DNA of 64,000 nt from an uncultured delta proteobacterium (GCA_963745035.1 CAVUVW010000011.1:192001-256000), one strand, 5' to 3'; shown: positions 34,707-45,978, counted from the stretch's first letter. Notes: generated by a model not told the origin, from the letters alone. Made by a program: numbers and translations.

Positions 34707-35753
34707 ATGAATGTGCTCTTGATGGGTTTACTCGCTCTTTTCGCATGGACGGCATCCACTTCGGCGCAGGCCGGGAAGCCGGTGTCGATGGCCGAGCTCG
34801 CGGCCTATAACAAACCGGACCGGGAAAAAGTGCTCTACGAAGGCGCGAAAAAAGAAGGCCGGTTGATGTGGTACACCTCGCTTACCGGCGGGCCGAACAG
34901 CGATGCGCCCAAGGTGTTCGAGGCGAAGTACCCGGGCCTGAAGCTCGAAGTTTACCGCGGTGACAGCGACGCGATCATTCAGCGAGTGCTGCAAGAGGCT
35001 CAAGCGAAGCGCTTCCTCGTCGACGTGATCGAAACCACGTTCCCCGTGCTCAAGGTGATGCAGGAGTACAAGCTGCTGGCGCCGTACTTTTCGCCGCACC
35101 TGGCGCAGTATCCGGACGAGGCAAAGGAAAAAGCCGAAAAAGAGTTGGTCTATTGGGCGACCGATCGCGAGTCGTATATCGGTCTCGCGTATAATACAAA
35201 TTCCGTCCAGGGAAACGCAGTGCCGAAGGGCTTCGAAGATCTGCTCAAACCCGAGCTGCGCGGCAAGATCGGCTTTGCCACGACGGACACCGGCGCGCGC
35301 GTCATCGGCGCAATGATTGCGAGCAAAGGCGCCGAGTTCGTGCAGAAACTGAAAGCGCAGCAGATCACGCTGCATTCGGTATCCGGACGAGCGATTCTCG
35401 ACATGGTGATTTCCGGCGAGCTGGGTGTGTCGCCGACGGTTTTTCTCAGTCATTCAAGAGTATCGATTGCCAAAGGAGCGCCGATCAAGTGGGTGCCGAT
35501 GGAATTCGTGCCGACCAACGCCGGCGGCGTGGCCGTGCCTGCCAATGCGCCGCGCCCGCACGCGGGACTGCTATTCAGCGATTTTCTGCTCAGCCCGGAA
35601 GGACAGAAATTCCTCGGCAAGTACGGCCTGGACAGCGCGATGAACAAGCCGAGTTTCCAGCGCTACTACGCCGAAGCGGGAATGACCGCGGCGCAGTACG
35701 AGAAAGAAAACGAGAAATGGGAGAAGCTGCTCCGGGAAATCGGCAGGAAGTAG
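34707..35753 (+). CDS. ABC-type extracellular solute-binding protein (Fe3+/AfuA-like)
   Basis: Signal peptide, GAKKEGRLMWYTS, LAYNT and DFLLSPEGQ. Confidence 0.82.
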   Translation: MNVLLMGLLALFAWTASTSAQAGKPVSMAELAAYNKPDREKVLYEGAKKEGRLMWYTSLTGGPNSDAPKVFEAKYPGLKLEVYRGDSDAIIQRVLQEAQAKRFLVDVIETTFPVLKVMQEYKLLAPYFSPHLAQYPDEAKEKAEKELVYWATDRESYIGLAYNTNSVQGNAVPKGFEDLLKPELRGKIGFATTDTGARVIGAMIASKGAEFVQKLKAQQITLHSVSGRAILDMVISGELGVSPTVFLSHSRVSIAKGAPIKWVPMEFVPTNAGGVAVPANAPRPHAGLLFSDFLLSPEGQKFLGKYGLDSAMNKPSFQRYYAEAGMTAAQYEKENEKWEKLLREIGRK

Positions 35754-35774
35754 AAGCGAGGAACTTCTCGGATT

Positions 35775-35803
35775 TATCGCGCAAAGGCGCAAAGACGCGA
35801 AGG
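35775..35803. repeat. GCAAAG-family left arm only
   Basis: tatcgcgcaaaggcgcaaagacgcgaagg. Confidence 0.65.
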
Positions 35804-35813
35804 TAGGAGAATC

Positions 35814-35973
35814 AAATTCGAAGCACGAAATTCGAAATCCGAAACAAATCCGAATGACCGAAAACCAGAAATCTGAAACGAGTCTGAAATCGGATTTATT
35901 TTGAAAATTTCTTCCGATTTTGACTTATTGCTTCCAACTTTGTTTCGGATTTCGATATTCGGATTTCGGATTT
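35814..35973. repeat. CGAAATC-heptamer hairpin element, empty copy E
   Basis: cgaagcacgaaattcgaaatccgaaacaaa ... tttgtttcggatttcgatattcggatttcggattt. Confidence 0.9.
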
Positions 35974-35983
35974 ATGTTTAAAG

Positions 35984-36695
35984 ATGGTTCGTCCGCGCTT
36001 TGCTTCGACCGTCGTACTGCTTCGGCCCGATGACGAACAGCGGCTTCGAGGTTCTCTTGACGCGCCGGCCCGAAGAGATGCGCTTTCTCGGCGGCTTTTA
36101 CGTCTTTCCGGGCGGCACCGTTCACACAACGGACTATTCGCCAAAAATCATCGAGCGCTGCCGCGGCATTTCGGGTGCGCAGGCGCAAAAGATTCTTGGC
36201 GGCCACCATGAGGCGGATGAAGCGGTCGGGCACTGGGTGGCGGTTGTGCGCGAGTTGTTCGAGGAAGTCGGCGTGTTGCTCTGCGTCAACGAGAAGGGTG
36301 AAGCGATTCAATTCAACAATCCTACGGAGAACCGGCGCATCGAGCTTGCGCGCCGGGCGATCGTTGCGGGAGAGGTCGATTTCGGCGACTTTCTGCAGTC
36401 GGAAAATTTATTCTGCGATCTCACCAAGACGAAGTACTTCGACCATTGGGTGACGCCCGAGATTTATTCCATGCGCTTCGACACTCGCTTCTATGTTGCG
36501 GTCCTGCCGGCCGCCCAAAGTGCGCTCACTCACTCAGAGGAGGTGTCGCATAGCTTGTGGATCAAAGCCGGCACAGCGCTCGCACGAATGGACCGTCGAG
36601 ATTTTCCGATCCTACCGCCAACCACAACGGTCTTGCAGCGCCTTTCTCGTATTTCGACCTGGGATCATCTGCGGACCGATTTCGAGCTACCTTAG
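35984..36695 (+). CDS. NUDIX hydrolase (Nudt19-like; frameshift near the start)
   Basis: PRFASTVVLLR, VFPGG, RELFEEVG and WVTP...RFDTRFY. Confidence 0.87.
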
Positions 36696-36794
36696 ACGGC
36701 GTGTTAAGTGTGTGTTCTTGCCCTTGATAGTTCATTGGTAAGTGTTAAAAGGGTGTCGAGCTGGAACCATCAACTAATCTAAAGGAGGAACATC

Positions 36795-37298
36795 ATGGCT
36801 ACAGTAAAATTCAAGGATGCTACCTTGACGCTTTTGGGCAACGAAGTGAAGGCGGGTCAAGGCGCGCCCGACTTCAAGGTGCAGAAGAGCGCTGACATGA
36901 GTGACTACACTTTGGCGAGCGGGGCAGGCAAGACTCGCATCATCGCCACCGTGCCGTCGCTTGACACACCGGTCTGCGATCTGGAGGCAAAAAGGTTTAA
37001 CGAGGAAGCGAGCAAGCTGCCCAACGTCGAAGTCGTTGTCGTCAGCATGGATTTGCCGTTTGCGCAAAAGCGCTGGTGCGGTGCCGCCAATGCCGACAAA
37101 GTCATCACGGCAAGCGATCATCGCGAAGGTTCCTTCGGCAAGAATTACGGCCTGCTGATTTCCGGCGGTCCGCTCGATCGCGTGCTCGCGCGCGCGGTTT
37201 TCGTCGTCGGGCCGGACAACAAGCTCAAACACGTCGAATATGTCCCCACCATCGGCGAGCATCCCAATTACGACGCCGCCCTCGCCGCGGCGAAATAG
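36795..37298 (+). CDS. tpx: Thiol peroxidase
   Basis: VPSLDTPVC, SMDLPFAQKRWC and LARAVFVV. Confidence 0.95.
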   Translation: MATVKFKDATLTLLGNEVKAGQGAPDFKVQKSADMSDYTLASGAGKTRIIATVPSLDTPVCDLEAKRFNEEASKLPNVEVVVVSMDLPFAQKRWCGAANADKVITASDHREGSFGKNYGLLISGGPLDRVLARAVFVVGPDNKLKHVEYVPTIGEHPNYDAALAAAK

Positions 37299-37310
37299 GT
37301 CAAGCCAGAT

Positions 37311-37352
37311 GGCAGCTCGAAGGCCGGTCTACGCCGCCGGTTTCGAGCTGCC
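37311..37352 (+). terminator. Hairpin downstream of tpx
   Basis: ggcagctcgaaggccgg ... ccggtttcgagctgcc. Confidence 0.5.
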
Positions 37353-37374
37353 GCCTCGTTATTTTCCGCCCGCG

Positions 37375-37402
37375 TTGAATTCCGGCGCTCAGCCTCTATA
37401 CT
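37375..37402 (+). promoter_or_regulatory. Possible sigma70 promoter
   Basis: TTGAAT-N16-TATACT upstream of 37453. Confidence 0.4.
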
Positions 37403-37452
37403 AAAATTGAGCGTTCATCCGAGCGCTTAATTTTTAGTGAGGAGAAATCATC

Positions 37453-37923
37453 ATGATTGAAGTCGGCAAGGAAGCGCCGGATTTCGAATTAGTCAGTCAT
37501 TTGGGCGGAACCAAGTTCACGTTGGGCCAGTTCAAGAACAAGAAAAACGTCATGCTGGTGTTCTATCCGCTGGATTGGACACCCACTTGAACCCGCGAGA
37601 TTCCGGCTCTGGAAGCTCTCAAGGAAGAGTTCAAAGCCTGTGACACCCAAGTTATGGGTGTGAGCATCGATAGCAGATTCTCTCACGATAATTGGGCGAA
37701 ATCGTGCGGCGGGATTTCTTTCCCCCTACTGCAGGATTTTCATCCCAAGGGGGAGATGGCGAAGAAATATGGCGTTTTTCTAGAGGATAAAGGGATTACG
37801 GACCGGGCGACGGTAATCATTGATAAGCAGGGAATCGTTCGCTACTCGAAATCGGTAACGCCCGCCGGTGAACGCAACCCCAAAGAGCTGTTGGCCGAGG
37901 CGCAAAAAATCAACAACGGATAA
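37453..37923 (+). CDS. Selenocysteine-containing peroxiredoxin (AhpC/AhpE-like)
   Basis: MIEVGKEAPDF...FYPLDWTPT-TGA-TREIP; in-frame TGA (37588-37590) at the peroxidatic Cys position; frame continues into ORF 37654-37923; GAGGAG SD. Confidence 0.88.
37597..37618 (+). promoter_or_regulatory. Putative bacterial SECIS element
   Basis: gag-a-ttccg-[gctc]-tggaa-g-ctc hairpin; apical loop begins with G 16 nt after the UGA. Confidence 0.65.
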
Positions 37924-37924
37924 T

Positions 37925-38164
37925 ATGGCGCTGGAACTTTATTTCTACAACGAATGCGGTGTTTCGCAGACGGTGCTGAACTGCATGACGAATCTTCACT
38001 GCGAAGATCAAATCGTCAAGAAGGATATTCGGGAGAATCCCGAATATGAAAGCGAGCTCATCGCCCTGACCGGAGCCAAAACGGTGCCCGTGCTCGTGAT
38101 CGACGGCAAGCCGCTCAAGGGCTCCGAGGAGATCAACCAATTTCTAGTGGGAAAGTTCCTGTAG
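37925..38164 (+). CDS. Glutaredoxin-like protein (CxxS)
   Basis: ECGVS, GAKTVPVLVIDG and SEEI. Confidence 0.8.
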   Translation: MALELYFYNECGVSQTVLNCMTNLHCEDQIVKKDIRENPEYESELIALTGAKTVPVLVIDGKPLKGSEEINQFLVGKFL

Positions 38165-38185
38165 TCGTAAGTCCACGATTGGCAG

Positions 38186-38218
38186 AGGGGGCGAAACGTT
38201 TGTTTCGTCCCCTTTTTT
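38186..38218 (+). terminator. Intrinsic terminator
   Basis: agggggcgaaac-gttt-gtttcgtcccct followed by a T tract. Confidence 0.8.
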
Positions 38219-38277
38219 GTTGTGAGCGCTAGGGGCTTAGTTTTCAGTTTGTCAAAGCTGATCTATTAGTAGTCCGT

Positions 38278-39081
38278 ATGGAAGCCGGGACCTCATTGGT
38301 CGTCGCGACCTACAATGTTCTCGCCAGCGCGTACATCCAGCGCGCGCGTTACCCTCGCTCGCCGGCGATGGTCTTGAGTCCGGCATGGCGTATTCCCGCG
38401 CTTGTTCAAGCGATCGCAAGTCTCGAAGCAGATATCCTGTGCCTCCAGGAAGTCGAACCGGAAACCCTGGCTGCGATCAATGCCCGTTTGTGCTCGCGCG
38501 GATATGCTAGCCGTTATGCGCGCAAACGCGGCGGGAGCCCCGAGGGCTGCGCAATTTTTTATCGGGAGGATCTCGCTTCGCTCAAAGAAGAAACCGTTGT
38601 CGTCTTTGCTCCGGATGGTGGGATGGGGGACAGAGGAAACATCGCTCAGATAGTCACACTATGGCATCTCGGGCCATCGTCTCGGCATCATCAATACCCA
38701 TCTGACCTGGGATCCGCCGGGGACGGCGCGGGAAAATCAGCAAGGTTTACGGCAAGTCGACTCAATTATTGCGCGCGTATGAAGAGATCGCCGCAACCGC
38801 GGACGGCTGGCTTATCGCGGGCGATCTGAATGTTACCCCCGGCAGTGAAGTCGTGGCGGTCATCGAAGCAACCGGCTTTCGCTTCGCTCACCGTGATCGC
38901 GCGGCAATGAACACCTGCAGCTTCAATGGCGAGGCCAAGATGATCGATTATCTTTTTCATTCCCCCCAATCGCTGCCCGGCCGGCCGACAGGCCGCCATC
39001 GATGCACAAACCATACTGCCTTCCGCTGAACAACCGTCGGATCACATCCCGGTGGTCGCGCGGTTTCGCTGGCTGCCTTAA
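38278..39081 (+). CDS. Endonuclease/exonuclease/phosphatase, CCR4/nocturnin-like (frameshifted)
   Basis: TYNVLA, DILCLQEV, EGCAIFYR, NTHL, AGDLN, IDYLF and PSDHIPV across three frames. Confidence 0.85.
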
Positions 39082-39083
39082 GC

Positions 39084-40494
39084 CTAGAGATCCAGCCGCC
39101 AGGCGGCGCGAAGATCCTCCTGAATCCGTTTCACGATGATAAAGGCGTCGCGAAGTTGCTTGCGCTCGAACTGGAGAAATCATCGCGGGGTCGATGCGGT
39201 TGTCGATGGTGACGCGATTGTTGTATTCGGCGAGCTGCGCGCCGAGCCGCAGGCGCAGAAGGAACGGGAAGATTTCGCTCAGGGAACGCGCGCTCTCGGA
39301 GCTGATCAACGCTGTCCGCACGACCGGCAAGAGAAAGTCGCTCCAAAGTGGAGCGTTCGCGCGATCCGGCTGCCAACCCATGACACGCGCGATGGAGACG
39401 ATCGGAGCGATACCGCCCATTTTGATGTCAATCTCGCCATTTGTCGCGCGCAGCCGGTTAAAGAAGCCGAGTGGCGGGCGAAACGCGAGCGCTCCGTTCA
39501 GCATGTGGGCGAGAAAACGCCGCTCGTCTTTGGCGGGCGCGATAGTTTCTTCCAAGGAATCGAGCGAAAGGCTGCCGGCGACGGGGCGGAAGTCGAAAAA
39601 GATAGCGGCGTCGAGCAGCGCCTGCGGTTCGGGCAGGCGAATCCATTGCGTGAAAAGTTGCCGCCATTCGAAGAGCGGCTTGCACCAGTTGGTGGCCATG
39701 AACCCGTCCGGCGCAAGGCGGAAAGCCGGCCTGAATCAGTCCATCAACCACCCGTTTCGAAAGCGCCCCAAAGTACTCTCGGTTCTGTCGGTATCTTCGC
39801 TGGAAAACGACCGCGTTGTCCTGGTCGGTGAGCAATGTTTGCTCCATGCGCCCTTCCGAGCCGAAAACGATCCAAGCGTACGGTGCCGGCGGCGGGCCCA
39901 ACGCTTGCTCGGCAAGCCCCACCAGCCGTCTGACTGAGAGCATCGTTAAGACTGGAGACGATCTCGGCAATCTGCAAGGCGCCGAGCCCGCTCTGAAAAA
40001 GCGCTTCGGCGAGGGCGCCGATCGCCGACGCATAGCTGCCGATGCTGCCGCTCGCCGAGCCCGTCGATGACACCGCGCAGATAGACCGGGTTGTTGGTCT
40101 GATGAAACAACAAATCAGTGGAGCTGATGACGCCGACAATTTTTCCTTCTTCAACCACAGGCAAGTGATGGATGTTCTCCTCGACCATCAAACGCAACGC
40201 GCTGAAGGCGAGCCTATCGGAGTCGATGGTCTTGATCGGGCGTGTCATGATGGCCGTCACCGGGGTTTCCGGCCCTAAGCCCGAGGCCAGGACGCGGCCG
40301 CGCAGGTCGCGGTCGGTAACAATGCCCGGCGGCTCGGTTGAGACGAGGACCGAGCCAATACGCGCACGCTGCATCTGCCGCGCGGCGTCGCCGACGCTGG
40401 CATCTGCCGCGATGAATACCGGCGCTGCTTTAATGAGATTTTTGACCGCCAGCGTGAGAGTACTGTCGAGCTGGGTGGCATTCTGGTCGGCCAT
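39084..40494 (-). CDS. CBS-pair + DUF294 nucleotidyltransferase-like protein (frameshifted)
   Basis: GIVTDRDLR, GSEGRMEQTLLTDQDNA, IFFDFR and DIKMGGIAPI. Confidence 0.88.
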
Positions 40495-40608
40495 GGCGGG
40501 GCCCTGGATTCGTCGACGTGTCGGGATATTCGACCTTAGCTAGAGCGGCGAATGCCGGATGAACCACGAAGAACGCGAAAGGCACGAATTGGCGCCGCGA
40601 CGCCCGCG

Positions 40609-40895
40609 TTAGCGCGACCGGAGTGAGCATCCTGCCCATGACGATGAAGCAGAGCCACAACAATCCGTAGAAAAGCAGCGACTTGGAGAGAAGCTCGCTC
40701 TCCGAACTGCCTGGCCCGAGCAAAGCTCGGACGGGGCGGATCAGCGGCGCCGTGAGCACGCCGAAAAACCATAGCAGCTTGCTGCTTGGGTTTTTGGCTC
40801 AAGCGCGCGACGAGTTTGTGCAGCGCCAGATAAAAGAAGGCCATGAAACAGAGGAAACGGCCAAGAAATACAATCTGAGAAAGCGGATCGATCAC
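40609..40895 (-). CDS. Small membrane protein (YggT-like; frameshifted, ends approximate)
   Basis: Hydrophobic helices and LLWFFGVLTAPLIRPVR. Confidence 0.45.
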
Positions 40896-40958
40896 TACGC
40901 AGCGACCGACCGGACGAGAAGATCGACTTGGCAATCTTCCCGTCCGGATATGAAAACG

Positions 40959-42893
40959 TTAGTGGGCGCCAGCGGGCAGATCGCGTCCCAACGGATCGCC
41001 CGTGACGGCCTGGCCGCTCTTGGGATAGCGCACGCTGGCGACAAGATCCTGCACTTGCTGCGGCGGCGCTTCGGTCATCAGCGAAACCAGCCAGATGGTG
41101 ATGAAGCCGACAGGCAGTCCGAAAACCGCCGAAGCGATGGTCTGAGTGCCAAACCAGGAGACGCCGTAGAAACGGCTGCCGATCATGTAGTAGGCGGTTA
41201 CGGCCAAGCCGGCGATCATGCCGACGCAGGCGCCGGTCTTGTTCGCCCGCTTCCACCAGATGCCCATGACCAGCGCCGGGAAAAAAGAAGCGCCGGCCAA
41301 ACTGAAAGCCCATGCCACCAGCTCGACGATGATGGCGATGCGAAAAGTGGCGACCCAGGCGGCGATCAGAGCGGTTACGACCAGGAGTATCTTGGTGATG
41401 GTCAGTCGCTTGGTCAGCGACGCCGTGCGGATCGATGACGTTGTAATACAGATCATGGGAGAACGCGTTGGCGATGGTCAGCAAGAGGCCATCCGCCGTG
41501 GATAGCGCCGCCGCCAAACCGCCGGCCATCACCAATCCCGTGATCACGAACGGCAAGCCCGGCGACCTCAGGCATCGAGAGAACGACGAAGTCGGTGGAC
41601 TTCACGACGAAGTCCGCCCACTGCACGATGCCGTCGCCGTTCTTGTCGATGACTTCGAAGAGGCCGGCCGGCTGCCACAAGCGTGACCCAGCGCGGCAGC
41701 TCCGCGATCTGCGTGCCGACCAGTTTGGCGTAGATCACGAAGCGGGCGAAGGCGGCATAAGCCGGCGCGGTGAAATAAAGCAGGAAGATAAAAAACAGCG
41801 ACCAAGCCACCGAGGTGCGCGCTTCGCGCACCGAAGGCGTGGTGTAGTAGCGCGTCAGGATGTGCGGCAGCCCCGCGGTGCCGACCATCAAGCAGAACGT
41901 CAGCGCAAGGAAATTCCACATGCCCACTCCGCTCGGCACCGTCAGGTACCGGCCGATTTTGGCGTCGTCGCTGGCGGCCGGAGCGGTTGCCTGCTGGGTG
42001 GCGGTTTTCGCGGCGGCTCTAAGCTTGTCGGCCTCCGTCGTCATTGAGATTGCCCATCTTGATCTTGGCGTTGGCCTCGTCGGCGTCTTTTTTCCACAAC
42101 GCGCGCGTCTCCTTCTCCTTGGCGTCGCGCGTGATCTCGATCGCTTTGGCGTTGTTCGTCTGCAGACAGCCTGCCGTAGGTGAGCTCGGGGATCGGAATC
42201 GCGAACAGCTGGTAGGAAAGGTAGACCACCGGAACCAGATAGGAGACGATCAGAATGATGTACTGCGCCACCTGGGTCCAGGTGACCGACTTCATGCCGC
42301 CGAGCACCGAACAAAACAGCACGCCGATCAGACCGACGAAAACGCCGATGTTGAAATCCAATCCGATGAAGCGCGACACGATCAATCCGACGCCGGTGAC
42401 CTGAGCGATCAGGTAAGTGAAGGAGCAGGCGATCGCGGCGACGACGCCGATGATGCGCGCGAAATTGCCGCCATAGCGGGCGCCGAGAAAGTCCGGAATC
42501 GTGTAGGCGCCGAATTGCCGCAGGTAGGGTCCCAAAAATACCGCGAGCAAGAGATAGCCGCCGGTCCAGCCCATGACATAGGCAAGACCGGCGAATCCCT
42601 GGGCGGACAAGCGCGCCCGCCATGGAGATAAATGAAGCGGCGGACATCCAGTCCGAGCCCGTCGCCATGCCGTTGAACACGGCCGGAACGCCGCGTCCGG
42701 CGACGTAGTATTGATCGGGATTCGAAGTGCGAGTGATGATGCCGATGACGACGTAGATGCCCAGCGAGAGACCCATGAAGATCCAGCCGATCCACTGCGG
42801 CGACAAACCGAAGAGTTGTTCGGCGATGCCGATGAGGACAGTCACGCCCAGGAAAGAGATCGTATAGAGACCGAAAATTTTAGCTAGGCTCAT
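40959..42893 (-). CDS. Sodium:solute symporter, ActP/VC_2705 type (frameshifted)
   Basis: GMATGSDWMSAASF, GWTGGY, TWTQVAQY, GTAGLPHILTRYYT and AALSTADGLLL. Confidence 0.9.
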
Positions 42894-42896
42894 GGT

Positions 42897-43166
42897 TTAT
42901 CCCTCCTCTCGGATGCCGTACTGAAGATCGAGCTTGTTCATCAAATAGGCGTACACCGCAATCTCGATGACGAAGATCGCCAGCGAGCCCTGTGCCGCCA
43001 TGTAGTAACCGAGCGGGAATCCCCAGAAGGAAAATTGATTTAGCCAGCCGGCCCAAAGACCCGAAATCAGATAGGTGACGACGAACCAGATGATCAGCAG
43101 GATGGTCGTCAGGGTGATGTTGTAACGCCAATACGACTTCTTTTGCTCTTCCGTGAGATCAGCCAT
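42897..43166 (-). CDS. DUF4212/DUF485 small symporter subunit
   Basis: YWRYN and GFPLGYYMAAQGS; GAGGAGG SD. Confidence 0.9.
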   Translation of the reverse strand: MADLTEEQKKSYWRYNITLTTILLIIWFVVTYLISGLWAGWLNQFSFWGFPLGYYMAAQGSLAIFVIEIAVYAYLMNKLDLQYGIREEG

Positions 43167-43490
43167 AAGCACCTCCTCGATGCAGATTGGAATCTGATGC
43201 TACGAGCGAAAACTGTCGTTTCCGGAGCTATGATCTCGATCGACGCTCTCGCGTTACTCAAGATTCGAGCGCTGACCGAGGGAAGGAGTGATCATCCCCG
43301 CCGGACGGAGTGGCAGAATCGACCGTCCAGATCGAGCGGGAAGTTGCATGTGCTGGCCTTTAGCAAAGGCCGTAACAAAGTGTCAAGCGAATTCGTAGTC
43401 GCGAGTTGACGGCTCATTGATGACGCTGGCATAGGGTATTCGGATCGACTAGTAAGATTCAAATTCTCGTCGACAGGAGCTCAAAGCTGC

Positions 43491-44372
43491 ATGGAAAATC
43501 GCCGCTACGATTATTCACCGATTATTCGCCGGCCGAAGATCGAATGGCCCGATCATGGGCGTATCGCGCTCTGGGTGGCGCCGAACATCGAATACTTTCA
43601 CTTCGACATGCCGATCCGCGGCTCGGGCAGCAATCATACGCCGGACGTGCCGGGCTACACCTTGCGCGATTACGGCTCGCGCGTGGGCGTGTTTCGCATC
43701 ATGGACGTGCTCGATAAGTATGGCATCCGCGCCAGCGTTCTTCTCAATGCCGAAGTGTGCGAGCAGCATCCGCCGATCATCGAGGAGGGCAATAAACGAA
43801 AATGGGAATGGCTCGGCCACGGCATGACCAACAGCGTTTCGATGCTCGATTACAAGCCGGAGGAAGAGCGCTCGATCATTCACAAAGTCAAAGAGATCAT
43901 CACCAAGGGCACCGGCAAGGCGCCGAAGGGCTGGCTCGGTCCGGGGCTGGGCGAGACCGCTGATACTCCAGATCACCTCGCGGCGGAGGGATTCGAATAC
44001 GTCTGCGACTGGGGCAACGACGAGCAGCCGACGCCGATGCGCGTCAAGAGCGGCCGGATGATCGTCGTGCCTTACGAGTTGGGCGTCAACGATATTCGCG
44101 TCTTTATCCGCGAGAACCACACGCCGGAGCAATACTACCGCATGGTGTGCGACCACTTCGACACGCTCTACAAAGACAGCGCCTCGGGCGGGCGCGTGCT
44201 CTGCCTGCCGCTTCATCCGTTCGTCATCGGCATGCCGTTCCGCATCAACTATCTCGACAAGGCGCTGGACTATATGTGCTCGCACGAAGGCGTGTGGCGC
44301 ACGACGAGCGGTGATATCGCGGAGTGGTACTACAAGAACTATTATAAAGATCCGGGGCGGTATGAAGGGTAG
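43491..44372 (+). CDS. Polysaccharide deacetylase family (PuuE-like)
   Basis: YSPIIRRP, DYGSRVG, GWLGPG and LHPF. Confidence 0.88.
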   Translation: MENRRYDYSPIIRRPKIEWPDHGRIALWVAPNIEYFHFDMPIRGSGSNHTPDVPGYTLRDYGSRVGVFRIMDVLDKYGIRASVLLNAEVCEQHPPIIEEGNKRKWEWLGHGMTNSVSMLDYKPEEERSIIHKVKEIITKGTGKAPKGWLGPGLGETADTPDHLAAEGFEYVCDWGNDEQPTPMRVKSGRMIVVPYELGVNDIRVFIRENHTPEQYYRMVCDHFDTLYKDSASGGRVLCLPLHPFVIGMPFRINYLDKALDYMCSHEGVWRTTSGDIAEWYYKNYYKDPGRYEG

Positions 44373-44388
44373 GGTCGAGTGAGTAAAA

Positions 44389-44520
44389 TTGGAGTGTTGG
44401 AGTGATGAAGCATGTGGAGTGATGGGTTTCGGAGTCGGGCGCTGCGCAAGGTCGAGTAGGTTGCGCAAGTTTCGGGCTTGGAACCAACACTCCATCACTC
44501 CAATACTCCACCACTCCATT
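44389..44520. repeat. GGAGT-octamer hairpin element
   Basis: ttggagtgttggagtgatg...ggagtgatggg ... ccaacactccatcactccaatactccaccactcca. Confidence 0.85.
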
Positions 44521-44537
44521 CTTCTAGGAGTTCGCTT

Positions 44538-45978
44538 ATGAGCGATCCGAAAGCAGTTTGTCTTTGATACCGTCGAGCGCAACCGCGAGGCGATCGCGCT
44601 GTTGTGCGACAATATTTTTTACTTCGCTGAGCTTGGCATGCAGGAATTCGAGACCTCGAAGATGATGATGGACTTGCTGGAAAAAGCCGGGTTCGAGGTC
44701 GAAAGAAACCTGTCGGGCATGCCGACCGGTTTCGTGGCGAGTTATGGCTCGGGCAAACCGGTGATCGCGCTGCATACCGAGTTCGACGCGACGCCGGCCT
44801 GTTCGCAAAAGGCGGGCGTGACCGAGCCGACGCCGATCGTCGACGGCGCGCCCGGACATACAGAGGGACATAACGTCAACGGCGCAGTGATGATCGGGGC
44901 GGCTTTCGCGATCAAAAAAGCGATGGATCAATTCGGTCTGAAAGGCACTCTGAAAGTATTCGGCGCGCCGGCCGAGGAGCAACTGGTGAGCCGGCCTTAT
45001 TTCGTGCGCGACGGCCATTTCCAAAATGTCGACGTGGCGCTCCACGATCACATCGGCAAGGAGTTCGGCAGCGTTTACGGCCTGCGCCAGTATGCGCTCA
45101 TCTCCGCCGAGTTTACCTTCAAAGGGCAATCGGCCCATGCCGCTACGGCGCCGTGGAATGCCAAAGATGCTTTGGATGCCGTGGTGTTGATGGATATCGG
45201 CTGGGACAAGCTGCGCGAACACTTGGAGCCGACGCAAAGGAGCCATCGGGTGATCACCAACGGGGGCGACCAGCCCAACGTTATTCCCAACCGTTCATCG
45301 ATCTGGTGGTTTTTCCGCGAGGCGACAGCCGAGAAAACCCGCGCCCTGTTTGAAAGAGCGAAGCGCGTCGCCGAAGGCGCCGCGCTCATGACCGACACGA
45401 GCTATTCAGTCAATGTTTTGAGCGCGGTGTGGCCGACGCGGGCAAACCGCACGCTCGGAGAAATCATCCAAAAGAACGTCGAGCAAATCGGCATGCCGCA
45501 GTGGTCGGAAAGCGAGCAAGGCATGGTTCACGAGCTGCAGGCGAAATTGAAAATCAAGCCGACCGGCATGCCGGCGAAGATCACCCCGCTCAAGGAGTGC
45601 GTTCAGTCCGTATCTGCCAACGATTCGGGAGAAGTTTCCTGGGTGGTGCCCACGGGGCTCATCACTTTTCCCTCTAATATTCCCGGCGTGTCGTATCATC
45701 ACTGGTCGGCGGGAGTGTCGCTGGCAACTTCCATCGCGCACAAAGGGGCGGTGGCGGGCGCCAAGGCCATGGCCGGCGCGGCGGTGGATCTGTTCTCGGA
45801 CCCGAAGCTCGTCGCGCAAGCGAAGGAAACGTTCAAAGAAGAAATCGGCGATACGGAATATCGGCCGCTGCTGCCGCCCGATCAGAAGCCGCCGCTCGAG
45901 CTAAACCGAGTTCTCATGGAACGCTACCGGCCGGCGATGCGGGAGCACTACGTCAAAGAAAAGCCGGTGTTCAGTTAA
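44538..45978 (+). CDS. M20 amidohydrolase, AbgB-like (frameshift near the start)
   Basis: AELGMQEFETS, GHTEGHN, PAEE, SAHAA and GGDQPNVIP. Confidence 0.88.

Noticed and set aside
37588-37590. Nonsense mutation in the peroxiredoxin
   Set aside because: The TGA falls exactly on the catalytic Cys codon and is followed by a SECIS-like hairpin; selenocysteine is more parsimonious.
39084-43166. CBS/DUF294 plus ActP-type symporter as a novel system
   Set aside because: A well-known conserved gene neighbourhood.
43340-43380. Sigma54 promoter for the symporter operon
   Set aside because: The minus strand reads TGTTAC-N5-TTGC and lacks the invariant GG at -24.
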